A stretch of 44,514 nucleotides of DNA, from IMG/VR virus record IMGVR_UViG_3300028840_002857; one strand, written 5' to 3'. The DNA comes from a virus. Of the stretch, positions 16,826-25,295 are shown one piece after another. Each line of letters begins with the position of its first letter. The first letter of the stretch is position 1. Below the pieces are notes generated by a model. The model had not been told where the DNA came from. It made no database searches and was given only the letters and a program-made list of their open reading frames with translations. The position numbers and the translations under genes are program-made.

Positions 16826-19078
16826 ATGTTATTCGGAAAAAAAGGCTTTGATAAATGGTTCCCTGTTTTATTGCTTGACGACGCAGATATGAAGACACCG
16901 GAAACCGGGAAGGTATACGGAGACGTCACAGTAAAATATGAATATGAAGCGGCAACGAGTCAGACAACATATACAGTAACGACTGACGACTGGAAGGAAG
17001 CGGGAAACGGTGAATACTGGTTAAGAATCGGACAAGGCGAATTTTCACTTGCCGGCAAATATTTTGTATCTGTCGCATGTAGCGGTTGTCTAACGTATAG
17101 ATTCGCAGTAGAGGCGACGACACGTTATATCGAGGATGCTTTTACACAAATATACGCGAATGGTTCCGATATAAGTACGGTAATGTCACGTATTCCGCAA
17201 TCGATACCATTTTCCGGTAATGGATATGTACAATGTGACATTCAAGAAATTTCAGGGGATACCGGGGCCCCGGGAAATTTAGAAGCTGATTACGACGGTA
17301 CAGGATACAATAAGTCGAATTCAACAATTGGAACCTGTACAGCAAATACAGATATGCGGGGAACCGATAACGCATTACTTGCCGCGTCCGCGCCTACGAA
17401 TTTCGGGGATCTTGCAATAACTTCGACAACCGGTAAAGTAACAGTCGGAACGAATGACGACAAAACGGGATATACTTTAACGTCCGGCGAACAGGACGCG
17501 ATTGTTGATAAGGTTTGGGATGAATTACAGTCAGGACATACAACGGGCGGATCCTTTGGAAAGCGGCTTGACGCCGATATGACAACGCGGTCAGATTTTG
17601 ACCATACTTCGGATAGCGTAATTGTCGGAACGTGTAACGATAAAACAGGTTATGCACTTTCGACAGCTTCGGAAGATTCCGTCGTTGATAAGGTTTGGGA
17701 CGAATTACGTGCAAGTCATACTACGGCCGGGACATTCGGTCAAGGCGCCGCAAGCGTACAGGGTAATGTAACCGGTTCGGTTGGAAGTGTAACCGGGGCG
17801 GTCGGTAGTGTAACGGCCGGCGTAACGGTAACAACTAATAATGATAAAACGGGTTACGCGCTTTCAACAGCTTCCCGGGACGCGGTCGCGGATGCTGTTT
17901 GGGATGAATTAAGGTCAGGCCATACAAGCGCCGGTTCTTTTGGTCAAGGTGTTGCGTCTGTACAGGGAAGTGTAACGGGTAATGTTGACGGAAATGTCGG
18001 CGGCAATGTGACGGGTTCGGTCGGTTCTGTAATTGGTGCCGTTGGATCCGTAACGGCAGGCGTAACCGTAACAACCAATAATGATAAAACAGGATATACT
18101 TTAACTTCGGCCGACCAAGACGCGATTGTTGACAAGGTTTGGGACGAACTCAGATCGGCACACGTAACCGCCGGCACATTCGGCCAAGGCGTCGCGAGTG
18201 TTCAAGGAAATGTAACCGGATCCGTCGCAAGTGTCACGGCCGGGGTAACAGTAACCACGAATAACGATAAAACAGGCTATGCACTTTCGAGCGCTTCGCG
18301 CGACGCAATCGTTGACGACGTTTGGGACGAATTACAGTCCGGACATACGACAGCCGGTACCTTCGGAAAATATCTTGACGTCGAAGTTTCAACAGGTTCC
18401 GGAACGGGGATAACTTCTCAACAGGTCCGGGACGCTATGAAATTAGCGCCTACAGGCGGAGCGCCGGCGGCTGGTTCTGTTGACGAACACTTGGACGATA
18501 TTTATACAGATACCCAAGTCGTTGACGGGAAATTACCGACAAATGATATTATGGGTTCTTCTGATAAGGCCGACAACGATACGGTTATCGATGCCATAAA
18601 AGCCGTAACGGATGCCTTACCGAATTCCGGAGCATTAACCGATATCGATACAGGCATTAATAATATAGAAGCAAAACTCCCGACCAAGGCTAAGATTGCC
18701 GGTTCCGATAATGCGGACGGCGATATCGAGTTGGACGACGCAACCGGCGCGTTTGCGGCCGGCGCGTTTGCAAATCTTCCGGACGTAACAGTCGAAGACT
18801 TTACGACAGCGGCCAAGGCATTGATTAACGCCGAAGTTGTCGACGTGATTTTTGTTGATACACCGGCGGAAATCGCACAGGGTACACCGCCGACAGTTGA
18901 ATCAATAGCGGCAATGATAACACGGCTTCGCATGGCTCATGTATTCCGGGGAACACAGACCAAGGGCGGATCCGCTTCAAAAGATTTTTATAATTCTTCC
19001 GGAACGAAGATTTATAAAAAGAATGTTTCCGACGACGACACAACATATATTGAAGAAAAAGCGATTACAGGAGCGTAA
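16826..19078 (+). CDS. Tail fibre protein with five internal repeats
   Basis: 750 aa with an AAGGAG RBS. It contains NDKTGY...VWDEL...H...G[ST]FG repeats and GNVTGSVGSV tracts. Confidence 0.65.
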   Translation: MLFGKKGFDKWFPVLLLDDADMKTPETGKVYGDVTVKYEYEAATSQTTYTVTTDDWKEAGNGEYWLRIGQGEFSLAGKYFVSVACSGCLTYRFAVEATTRYIEDAFTQIYANGSDISTVMSRIPQSIPFSGNGYVQCDIQEISGDTGAPGNLEADYDGTGYNKSNSTIGTCTANTDMRGTDNALLAASAPTNFGDLAITSTTGKVTVGTNDDKTGYTLTSGEQDAIVDKVWDELQSGHTTGGSFGKRLDADMTTRSDFDHTSDSVIVGTCNDKTGYALSTASEDSVVDKVWDELRASHTTAGTFGQGAASVQGNVTGSVGSVTGAVGSVTAGVTVTTNNDKTGYALSTASRDAVADAVWDELRSGHTSAGSFGQGVASVQGSVTGNVDGNVGGNVTGSVGSVIGAVGSVTAGVTVTTNNDKTGYTLTSADQDAIVDKVWDELRSAHVTAGTFGQGVASVQGNVTGSVASVTAGVTVTTNNDKTGYALSSASRDAIVDDVWDELQSGHTTAGTFGKYLDVEVSTGSGTGITSQQVRDAMKLAPTGGAPAAGSVDEHLDDIYTDTQVVDGKLPTNDIMGSSDKADNDTVIDAIKAVTDALPNSGALTDIDTGINNIEAKLPTKAKIAGSDNADGDIELDDATGAFAAGAFANLPDVTVEDFTTAAKALINAEVVDVIFVDTPAEIAQGTPPTVESIAAMITRLRMAHVFRGTQTKGGSASKDFYNSSGTKIYKKNVSDDDTTYIEEKAITGA
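17453..18376 (+). repeat. Five tandem coding repeats (units start at 17453, 17633, 17837, 18077, 18260)
   Basis: Protein-level repeats: N[DN]DKTGY[TA]L[ST]..[SE].D[AS][IV]VD.VWDEL[QR]S.H[TV][TS][AG]G[ST]FG. The nucleotide copies differ at many synonymous sites. Confidence 0.85.
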
Positions 19079-19081
19079 AAC

Positions 19082-19825
19082 ATGGCTTTTGATACCGATA
19101 GAAAACGACAACGATCTTGGTTTTTCCCGATGCCTTGGGGGTCCTTCCCTTTTCCGGTCGGGGAAATTGACGACGAACAGCGGGCGGCGATTTGGTCAAC
19201 ATATTTTCCGCCGGGATCCGCCGGACATTCTCCGTATTATATCGCAGACATAACAGGCGATACGCTTAGTTTAATGATTGAACAGTTTAAGCGGTCGGAT
19301 AATTTAAAAGGTGTTATTGAAGTTTTTACGGAGCAATTAGAAGAAACAAACGACCAAGCTGATTTTTTAATAATGAAAAGATTAATTTCGACGGCCGAAG
19401 GCGTCCAACTTGACGGCATTGGCGAAATTGTCGGGGAAGATCGGCAGGGACGAAGCGACGACGATTACCGGGTCGCTATTGAGTTCAAGGTATTTATTAA
19501 TGTTTCCAGCGGCCAACCGGACGTTGTTATGACGGTATTAAAAACAGTTACGCAAGCGACACAAGTTCGATTAATTGAATTTTTCCCGGCACATATTTAT
19601 TTATATACAAACGGGTCAGATATTCTCGGCGACTTACTGGTCACAATGCGAAAAGTAATTCCGGCCGGCGTCGGGTTGTCAATCGTTGCCGGGTACGGCG
19701 TTGTACCTTTTGAGTTCGACACGGAAGGCGGTATCCCATACGCCGAAGGCGACGGCTTTTCCGAATATAATTATACAGAAGGCGGACAGCCAATCGGCGG
19801 ACAAATGGTTGAATTAATTTCTTAA
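19082..19825 (+). CDS. DUF2612-like fibre/baseplate-associated protein
   Basis: 247 aa. AEGVQLDGIGEIVGEDRQGRSDDDYRVAIEFKVFINVSSG matches the a.G.qLD.iG.ivG..R....d..yr pattern of DUF2612. Confidence 0.55.
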   Translation: MAFDTDRKRQRSWFFPMPWGSFPFPVGEIDDEQRAAIWSTYFPPGSAGHSPYYIADITGDTLSLMIEQFKRSDNLKGVIEVFTEQLEETNDQADFLIMKRLISTAEGVQLDGIGEIVGEDRQGRSDDDYRVAIEFKVFINVSSGQPDVVMTVLKTVTQATQVRLIEFFPAHIYLYTNGSDILGDLLVTMRKVIPAGVGLSIVAGYGVVPFEFDTEGGIPYAEGDGFSEYNYTEGGQPIGGQMVELIS

Positions 19826-19840
19826 AGGGGTAAATATATT

Positions 19841-20815
19841 ATGGCTACAAAACCAACAAAAATTCCGGAATGGGCGGTAAACGACGTCGTCGATCCGACG
19901 TCCGGACAAAACAATGTTGTCGAACCGGCCGGAGCTATTAAGCTTTTAGGTTGGGATTTCAAAGAGAAACCGCCGCGTCAATATTTTAACTGGCTTGCAA
20001 GATATACATATTTATGGTGCCAATATCTTGATGATTCAATCGATCAAGAATTAAATACCGACAGCGACGTCATACACCAATCGGTAAAATGTAATGGCGT
20101 AACCGGGTCCGCCGCTTTGTCTATATTCAATGATTTAGGTAAAAGGGTTGTTTATGGTTATGTAGACGGCACAGCTAAAGACGGCGTTTTTAGAGTCGAA
20201 GACAATACCGGAGCAAATACAATGTGTCAATTAAGCGGGGAAGTCGCCGTATCAAGTTATGTGAAAACAGATTTCGAAATCAAAGACGGTAAAGACTTAA
20301 TTATAAATACCGATAAATTCACGGTTGACGGTGCAAGCGGAAATACAACGATTGCGGGAAGTTTAGATATTGGAAGTTCCGCGTTTACAGTCAGCGCTTT
20401 GGGTGCCGTTACGACAACAAATTCAATAACAGTCGGAACAAACGTAATCGAAATTAATGTTACTCCCGGGAATATTAGGGTAGCGGATACAATACTTGCC
20501 GGCGGTATTTCCGGACCTTCGGCGGTAAATGGTTTTATTGAATGCCGGGATTCATCAAACAACTTATTAGTTGAAATGAAATCGAACGCGAGTTCGGTTT
20601 ATAAATCGTCAAGTGTTAACGGTTTATACGATTTGTCAGTCGTTGGGGTCGGACGTTTTGGTAATGTTTCAACGCAAAAGGTTTTAATTGACGGAAGCAA
20701 CGGAAAAATTGATATGAATTCGCAAACATTACAGACAGTCACAACCGAAACAGTATCGAATTATTTTATAATGCAGGTCGCGGGCGTTGATGTAAAAGTC
20801 GCGGTCGTAACATAA
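19841..20815 (+). CDS. Tail fibre protein
   Basis: 324 aa. The N-terminus, PEWAVNDVVDPTSGQNNVVEPAGAIKLLGWDFKEKPPRQYFNWL, is a common tail-fibre N-terminal motif. Confidence 0.6.
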   Translation: MATKPTKIPEWAVNDVVDPTSGQNNVVEPAGAIKLLGWDFKEKPPRQYFNWLARYTYLWCQYLDDSIDQELNTDSDVIHQSVKCNGVTGSAALSIFNDLGKRVVYGYVDGTAKDGVFRVEDNTGANTMCQLSGEVAVSSYVKTDFEIKDGKDLIINTDKFTVDGASGNTTIAGSLDIGSSAFTVSALGAVTTTNSITVGTNVIEINVTPGNIRVADTILAGGISGPSAVNGFIECRDSSNNLLVEMKSNASSVYKSSSVNGLYDLSVVGVGRFGNVSTQKVLIDGSNGKIDMNSQTLQTVTTETVSNYFIMQVAGVDVKVAVVT

Positions 20816-20843
20816 TTTTAATTTCAAAACGCGGGGGTTTTTT

Positions 20844-21116
20844 ATGGATCAACAAATGCCAACATTAGCAGAAATTGTGGAGCAACATTCGATTGCTTCC
20901 AGTAAAGCAACGTCAATTGTTCACACCATGGCCGAACAATGCCGGGCATTTCAGGCACAATTAAATAATGCGATTATTATCATTAACGAAAAAGACAAAA
21001 TAATTGAACTCTACAATGAAAAATACGGCATTATTGAACGTCCAAGCGATAAGGACGCGGCAGGAAAAACCGTCCCGTTTAAAAAAGGCGGCGAAAATGA
21101 CAAAAAGACAAATTGA
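20844..21116 (+). CDS. Hypothetical protein
   Basis: 90-aa ORF with a GCGGGGG RBS, upstream of the endolysin. Confidence 0.45.
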   Translation: MDQQMPTLAEIVEQHSIASSKATSIVHTMAEQCRAFQAQLNNAIIIINEKDKIIELYNEKYGIIERPSDKDAAGKTVPFKKGGENDKKTN

Positions 21117-21522
21117 TTTATTCCCTAATTTTTCGCATGGCGAAATAATCAAAGCCGGAGGGAAGCTTTCCGGAATCGATTTCCGGGCGTTCGCAAAATT
21201 ACAAAATTTCAGGACGGCCATAAATCGCCGGGTAAAATTCCAAAAGAACGGTATTAATTCCGGAAAACATAATTCCAAAGAACACGACGACGGAAAGGCG
21301 TTCGATATTCGTTTCGACAAGAGGGACGGCGTCGTTAAATTTACGGACGTAAACGGATACGTTAAAGCGGCCTTGACGGTTGGATTTAAAGGAATCGGAG
21401 TTTATTGGAATGGGACCGAATATTCAATGCACTTGGACGACGGAAAGACGCTTGATTGGTGGTCCGCCCATAAGATAAATCGGAAATGGGCGTATCTTGC
21501 ATTTTTACAGGACCCAAGGTAA
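21097..21522 (+). CDS. Endolysin, zinc peptidase M15-like
   Basis: ATG 21097. SGKHNSKEHDDGKAFDI ... SMHLDD fits the H-x-x-G-x-A-x-D ... H-x-D zinc-ligand layout of M15 cell-wall peptidases. Confidence 0.65.
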   Translation: MTKRQIDLFPNFSHGEIIKAGGKLSGIDFRAFAKLQNFRTAINRRVKFQKNGINSGKHNSKEHDDGKAFDIRFDKRDGVVKFTDVNGYVKAALTVGFKGIGVYWNGTEYSMHLDDGKTLDWWSAHKINRKWAYLAFLQDPR

Positions 21523-21534
21523 AAAGGGGGAATT

Positions 21535-21915
21535 ATGAATCCGAAACAAACCGACGAATTCGCCGCGGTAAAAAGACAATTAAACAGTATCGCCCGGGCC
21601 GAACCAGTCCAAGCTTTAAAAGACGACGTCGTAGAAGATATTATCAAATTCGCCCATAAAGTACCAAAAATGTATGATAGTAAAATTTCGGTAAAAAAAG
21701 GACAGGAAGATACGAAAAAGGGCGCTTTAACGGCCGCCGTCGCTGCGGTTGTCTTTTCTGTCATAAAATCGAAGCTTGGGCCGGCCGTTGATTTGGACCC
21801 GCAAATCGAAGCGTCGTTAATGGTTTTGATTACGGCCGCAATTACCGGAATTTTCCATGGTTTACAATCTTGGCTTTGGAATTGGCAAAAACATAGAATT
21901 TACAAAGTCCAGTAA
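21535..21915 (+). CDS. Holin-like membrane protein
   Basis: 126 aa with an AAAAGGGGG RBS. Two hydrophobic segments (ALTAAVAAVVFSVI and LMVLITAAITGIFHGLQSWLW). Adjacent to the endolysin. Confidence 0.4.
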   Translation: MNPKQTDEFAAVKRQLNSIARAEPVQALKDDVVEDIIKFAHKVPKMYDSKISVKKGQEDTKKGALTAAVAAVVFSVIKSKLGPAVDLDPQIEASLMVLITAAITGIFHGLQSWLWNWQKHRIYKVQ

Positions 21916-21965
21916 TACCCGGACCGCATATTCGGGAGCCGGTTCCCGCAAGGGACCGGGGGCAT

Positions 21966-21995
21966 GGCCGGCGTACCCGCGCGTCGGCCTTTTTT
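21966..21995 (+). terminator. Rho-independent terminator closing the late operon
   Basis: ggccg (21966-21970) pairs with cggcc (21985-21989), with further inner pairs, followed by TTTTTT (21990-21995). Confidence 0.55.
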
Positions 21996-22184
21996 ACGTC
22001 AACGCTATTTCCTTTAAATCCATAGGACCACGTACAGGAAACGGGGCGCCACGCCACGAACCCGGGCCGGTCCAAGAGTTATGACAGCCGGCCGGCCGCG
22101 GCCCGTACAGGGCTTTAAAATCGGTCGGCGTTAAATTCGTTAAATAGGCAATTTTTACCCGTCGAAAATAGCTTAATTAATTAT

Positions 22185-22213
22185 TTGCATTAACGCAATT
22201 AATTAACTATATT
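22185..22213 (+). promoter_or_regulatory. Sigma70-like promoter TTGCAT-17-TATATT
   Basis: -35 at 22185-22190, a 17-nt spacer, -10 at 22208-22213. It lies upstream of the first early ORF. Confidence 0.45.
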
Positions 22214-22238
22214 GTAGGTATAGGAAAAAGGGGGTTTT

Positions 22239-22406
22239 ATGTTAAGATTTTTTATTGAGTACATAAGTAAAAACAATCGGATCGAATACGACTTCGAAAA
22301 CGTCGAAGCGTCAACGATTGAAAGCGCGAAAAAAGACATTGTCCGGCGTAGGGGGGCCGCCGGCGAAACGGTTACATTTATTGAACTTCAAAAAGAATAC
22401 AGATAA
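22239..22406 (+). CDS. Hypothetical small early protein (55 aa)
   Basis: ATG 22239 follows AAAAAGGGGG. Hand translation gives MLRFFIEYISKNNRIEYDFENVEAS...ELQKEYR. It is below the ORF-track size cut-off. Confidence 0.45.
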   Translation: MLRFFIEYISKNNRIEYDFENVEASTIESAKKDIVRRRGAAGETVTFIELQKEYR

Positions 22407-22422
22407 AAAAAGGGGTTAAGGT

Positions 22423-23061
22423 ATGTCAAATATTAATATTGAAACACGGACGGAAAATAAACGCGGTTGCGGATACCGCAAAGGCGGCGGTAAGTATATG
22501 GTAAGTTTCGGGATTCCCCGGGGTTGCGGGAAACTTCCGATTGAATTAACGCGTTGTCCTTGTTGCGACGCCGGGATTAAGCCGTCCCGGGGTTGGACAT
22601 GGATTGACGGCGACGCGATTATCGGGTCAAAGGAATGTCGATTCCACAAGGACCCGGGCGCTCGGATCGATTGTTCCGATTGTCCGTTAAGCCGGACGGT
22701 CGGTCGCGTCGGTCTTCTATGGATCGGCGAAAAATTTTATCCGACGCCGGCGGATTGGACCCGGGAAGCTTTACAAATGGGAGTATCCCGCCGCGTATCC
22801 GCAATTCCGAAAGACTTCAAAGTCGGCGAAACAATAGTATTCGTCGCTCACAGAAAAGCGATTCAAAAGTCGCTTGTTGTCGGCGAAGAACCCGAATTTA
22901 TCCCCGGAATCTTTCACGTATTCACGCCGACGGCCATTGAATATGTTGTTAAAGGGGACGAAACCGATGAAGAATTAGAGCGATTGACGGACCGGGGGTT
23001 CAAGCTTATAAAGGTAATTCCGAACGAAGAACAGACGGAACCTTTAGACCAAGGGGCTTAA
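22423..23061 (+). CDS. Conserved Cys-rich hypothetical protein
   Basis: 212 aa with an AAAAGGGGTTAAG leader. RGCGYRKGGGKYMV...CPCCDAGIKPSRGWTWIDGD...LLWIGEKFYPTPADWTREALQMGVSRRV resembles a recurring uncharacterised phage/bacterial family. Confidence 0.6.
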   Translation: MSNINIETRTENKRGCGYRKGGGKYMVSFGIPRGCGKLPIELTRCPCCDAGIKPSRGWTWIDGDAIIGSKECRFHKDPGARIDCSDCPLSRTVGRVGLLWIGEKFYPTPADWTREALQMGVSRRVSAIPKDFKVGETIVFVAHRKAIQKSLVVGEEPEFIPGIFHVFTPTAIEYVVKGDETDEELERLTDRGFKLIKVIPNEEQTEPLDQGA

Positions 23062-23062
23062 T

Positions 23063-23260
23063 ATGTGGGTCCTTGAAAAGACAGAAAAAAGCGGACAGAA
23101 GTTTTATTTTCATAATTTGGTTTTCCCTTGTTGGTCGAATTCCGGGGGCCTTGGTCTTGTTAAATTCAAGACGCGCAATGACGCGATATTATTTAAATCA
23201 AAAATGGGTTTACCAAAAAATAGTTGTAAAATTGTGAAATTTGAAAAGGGGGACGAATGA
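23063..23260 (+). CDS. Hypothetical protein
   Basis: 65-aa ORF tightly packed against its neighbours. Confidence 0.45.
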   Translation: MWVLEKTEKSGQKFYFHNLVFPCWSNSGGLGLVKFKTRNDAILFKSKMGLPKNSCKIVKFEKGDE

Positions 23261-23715
23261 TTATCCGTCTTGACGATCGGGAAAAAACATTAGTAATATC
23301 CGCGCTTTTTGACAAAAAGCGTCGACTTGCGAATTTAAAAAAGATTCATAAAGAACCGGAAGTATTGGACGTCGATATCGCCATAATTGAAGGATTGGTC
23401 GGCCGAATATTTGAACAATCAAAAATTCAGGCCGCGCCGAATGTCCATTTTAAACACGAAGGAAAAAATTATATTGCAATTCTTGAACACGTCGGCGAAG
23501 AAATCCGGGCGATTTTGGTTAATACCGATAATGATAAAATGGACGGGAAGGAATTGTCGGTGATCGGCCGGGATCGGGTCGAAGCCGTCTCCGCGCTTGG
23601 ATTGCAGATTGAAAAATTTTTATTGGAAAAAGACAAAGGCGCCGGGTTAGCTTTTCCCGGCGCCTTGCTTTTGAGGATTAACAGCCGAAGAAAGCTATTA
23701 ACCATACAGGGTTAA
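23257..23715 (+). CDS. Hypothetical protein
   Basis: 152-aa ORF with an ATGA overlap on the previous gene. Confidence 0.5.
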   Translation: MIIRLDDREKTLVISALFDKKRRLANLKKIHKEPEVLDVDIAIIEGLVGRIFEQSKIQAAPNVHFKHEGKNYIAILEHVGEEIRAILVNTDNDKMDGKELSVIGRDRVEAVSALGLQIEKFLLEKDKGAGLAFPGALLLRINSRRKLLTIQG

Positions 23716-23762
23716 GGTATGCTTTCAATATAAACGAAACGGCTTTCCCTGTCAATCCCGGC

Positions 23763-23791
23763 TTGACAATTAAATAATTGAATTATATATT
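23763..23791 (+). promoter_or_regulatory. Sigma70-like promoter TTGACA-17-TATATT
   Basis: A perfect -35 at 23763-23768, a 17-nt spacer, -10 at 23786-23791. It sits in a 123-nt AT-rich gap. Confidence 0.6.
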
Positions 23792-23838
23792 TAAATAAAG
23801 CAATCAATTAACTTAATTAACGCAAAGGGGGTGAAAAT

Positions 23839-24027
23839 ATGAATTGTCCGACTTGCGGGTCAAAGGCGGCCGAAATCGGTTCCGACAATGGGAAGCGGCG
23901 CGGGTTTTGTCCGCAATGTCAACAGACTATTTTGATCGACGATCCCAAGGAACCTATTAAAAAAAATCCGAATGATAACCGTACATATACAGGGGGTGAA
24001 TCTATCCTATGGCCGAACCACAATTAA
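23839..24027 (+). CDS. Zinc-ribbon mini-protein
   Basis: 62 aa with CPTC...CPQC. The RBS is AAAGGGGGTG. Confidence 0.5.
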   Translation: MNCPTCGSKAAEIGSDNGKRRGFCPQCQQTILIDDPKEPIKKNPNDNRTYTGGESILWPNHN

Positions 24028-24188
24028 ATTATCCGATTTCCGCTTTCCAGTTGCGCGGATCCGACGCAAAAGAAGTTTTCGACGGCTTCCATAAAATCGC
24101 CGACGAAGAATTCAAGGGGCGGAAGGTTGACGCATTTAAAACGATTGTTAAGGAAGCGACCGCCAAGCGGAACGGTAAAAAGAAATGA
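24009..24188 (+). CDS. Hypothetical protein (59 aa, hand-called)
   Basis: Hand translation gives MAEPQLNYPISAFQLRGSDAKEVFDGFHKIADEEF...NGKKK. Its stop overlaps the next start (ATGA). The minus-strand ORF 24029..24229 is its shadow. Confidence 0.4.
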   Translation: MAEPQLNYPISAFQLRGSDAKEVFDGFHKIADEEFKGRKVDAFKTIVKEATAKRNGKKK

Positions 24189-24436
24189 GGAAAGAAACAA
24201 AAATCCAAATGACCGTCGCGGTTATCCATTGTCGGCGTTGTCGCCGGAAGATGTCAACGGCCCAAGGTTCGATAATGGGATGCGACAAAGAGTTTCAAAA
24301 GCTTTACGATATTTGTAAACATTGTATACGTCCCGAAGAAATGGCCGAAATAAATAAAGCCATGGACGCCGCAATCCATAAACAGAAAATGGCAAAAAAA
24401 AAGGGGTTAAGAAATGGAAACGTCAAAGGAACTTAA
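24185..24436 (+). CDS. Zinc-ribbon mini-protein
   Basis: 83 aa with CRRC...CKHC. Confidence 0.5.
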   Translation: MRKETKIQMTVAVIHCRRCRRKMSTAQGSIMGCDKEFQKLYDICKHCIRPEEMAEINKAMDAAIHKQKMAKKKGLRNGNVKGT

Positions 24437-25283
24437 AAATATAGCGGCCGCCTTGTCCAAGGCACAAGCCGAATTCCCGATCTTCAAAAAAGAAAAAACT
24501 GTCAATGTAACGACCAAGTCGGGCGCGACATATTCGTATAATTATACAGATTTAGGCGCCATGTTCCAAGGTGTTATTCCTATTTTGTCGGCGAACAATC
24601 TTTGTTTTTCGCAGTCCGTTGACCATGCAGACGACGATATTATAATCGTTTCCTTGTTATTACATTCGTCCGGGGAATTTCTTAAATCGACGCTTCGCCT
24701 TCCGGTCGTCGACGATACAAAGAATATTGTCCAGTCGATCGGTTCGTCGATTACATACGGGCGCCGATACGCGGCCGGGGCTTTGCTTGGCGTTGCTTCC
24801 GAAGCCGACGACGACGCGACCGGGGCCGGGAACGGCGGACCAGCGGCAAAGTCGAACGGCGGTAAAAAGAAATTTCCGGATTGTCCGAAATGTAATCAAC
24901 AGAAATATGTTATCATATCCAAACAGGACCCGACGAAATATTATTGTCTTAAAGGAAAAGGCGGTTGCGGCGCGACTTGGGATATCGAACCAAAGACGAC
25001 AGAGAATAAAGGTAATAAGATAGAATCGCCTCAGACCGTCCGGGACCTTCAATTAAAAAGTATTTTCAATGTATTTACGACCACGCCGGCGGCCGCCAAT
25101 ATTCCAGAAAACAGCCGCGCCGACGCGCTTTACGCCTATGTATCAAAAGTTTTAGGAAAACAAATAATCGATTCCGCCGTTTTAACAGCGGAACAAATCC
25201 AATATGTTATTAAGGAAATGGCCCGGAATCCGAAGGAAATTGAAAAATCAATATCAATGTTTATTGACAATTTAAACAAATAA
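24414..25283 (+). CDS. erf: ERF-family single-strand annealing protein with a C-terminal zinc ribbon
   Basis: LSKAQAEFPIFKKEKTV...YSYNYTDLGAMFQGVIPIL and GSSITYGRRYAAGALLGVASEADDDA match the ERF pattern. The C-terminus has CPKC...C..GKGGC. Confidence 0.65.
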   Translation: METSKELKNIAAALSKAQAEFPIFKKEKTVNVTTKSGATYSYNYTDLGAMFQGVIPILSANNLCFSQSVDHADDDIIIVSLLLHSSGEFLKSTLRLPVVDDTKNIVQSIGSSITYGRRYAAGALLGVASEADDDATGAGNGGPAAKSNGGKKKFPDCPKCNQQKYVIISKQDPTKYYCLKGKGGCGATWDIEPKTTENKGNKIESPQTVRDLQLKSIFNVFTTTPAAANIPENSRADALYAYVSKVLGKQIIDSAVLTAEQIQYVIKEMARNPKEIEKSISMFIDNLNK

Positions 25284-25295
25284 AAAGGGGTTAAG

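Noticed and set aside
17453-18376. The regularly spaced repeats could be a CRISPR-like array.
   Set aside because: The repeats are in-frame protein repeats inside a long fibre ORF. They have variable unit lengths and are degenerate at synonymous sites. There are no short invariant repeats with unique spacers.
21916-22135. The GC-rich island could be an attP site for integration.
   Set aside because: No integrase, recombinase or excisionase gene is present, and I could not recognise a tRNA 3'-end-like core in it.
22189-22198. A shared 10-mer, ATTAACGCAA, near both early promoters (also at 23816-23825) could be an operator motif.
   Set aside because: By rough calculation a 10-mer is expected to recur by chance hundreds of times as pairs in 44 kb. 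The two copies also sit at different positions relative to their promoters.
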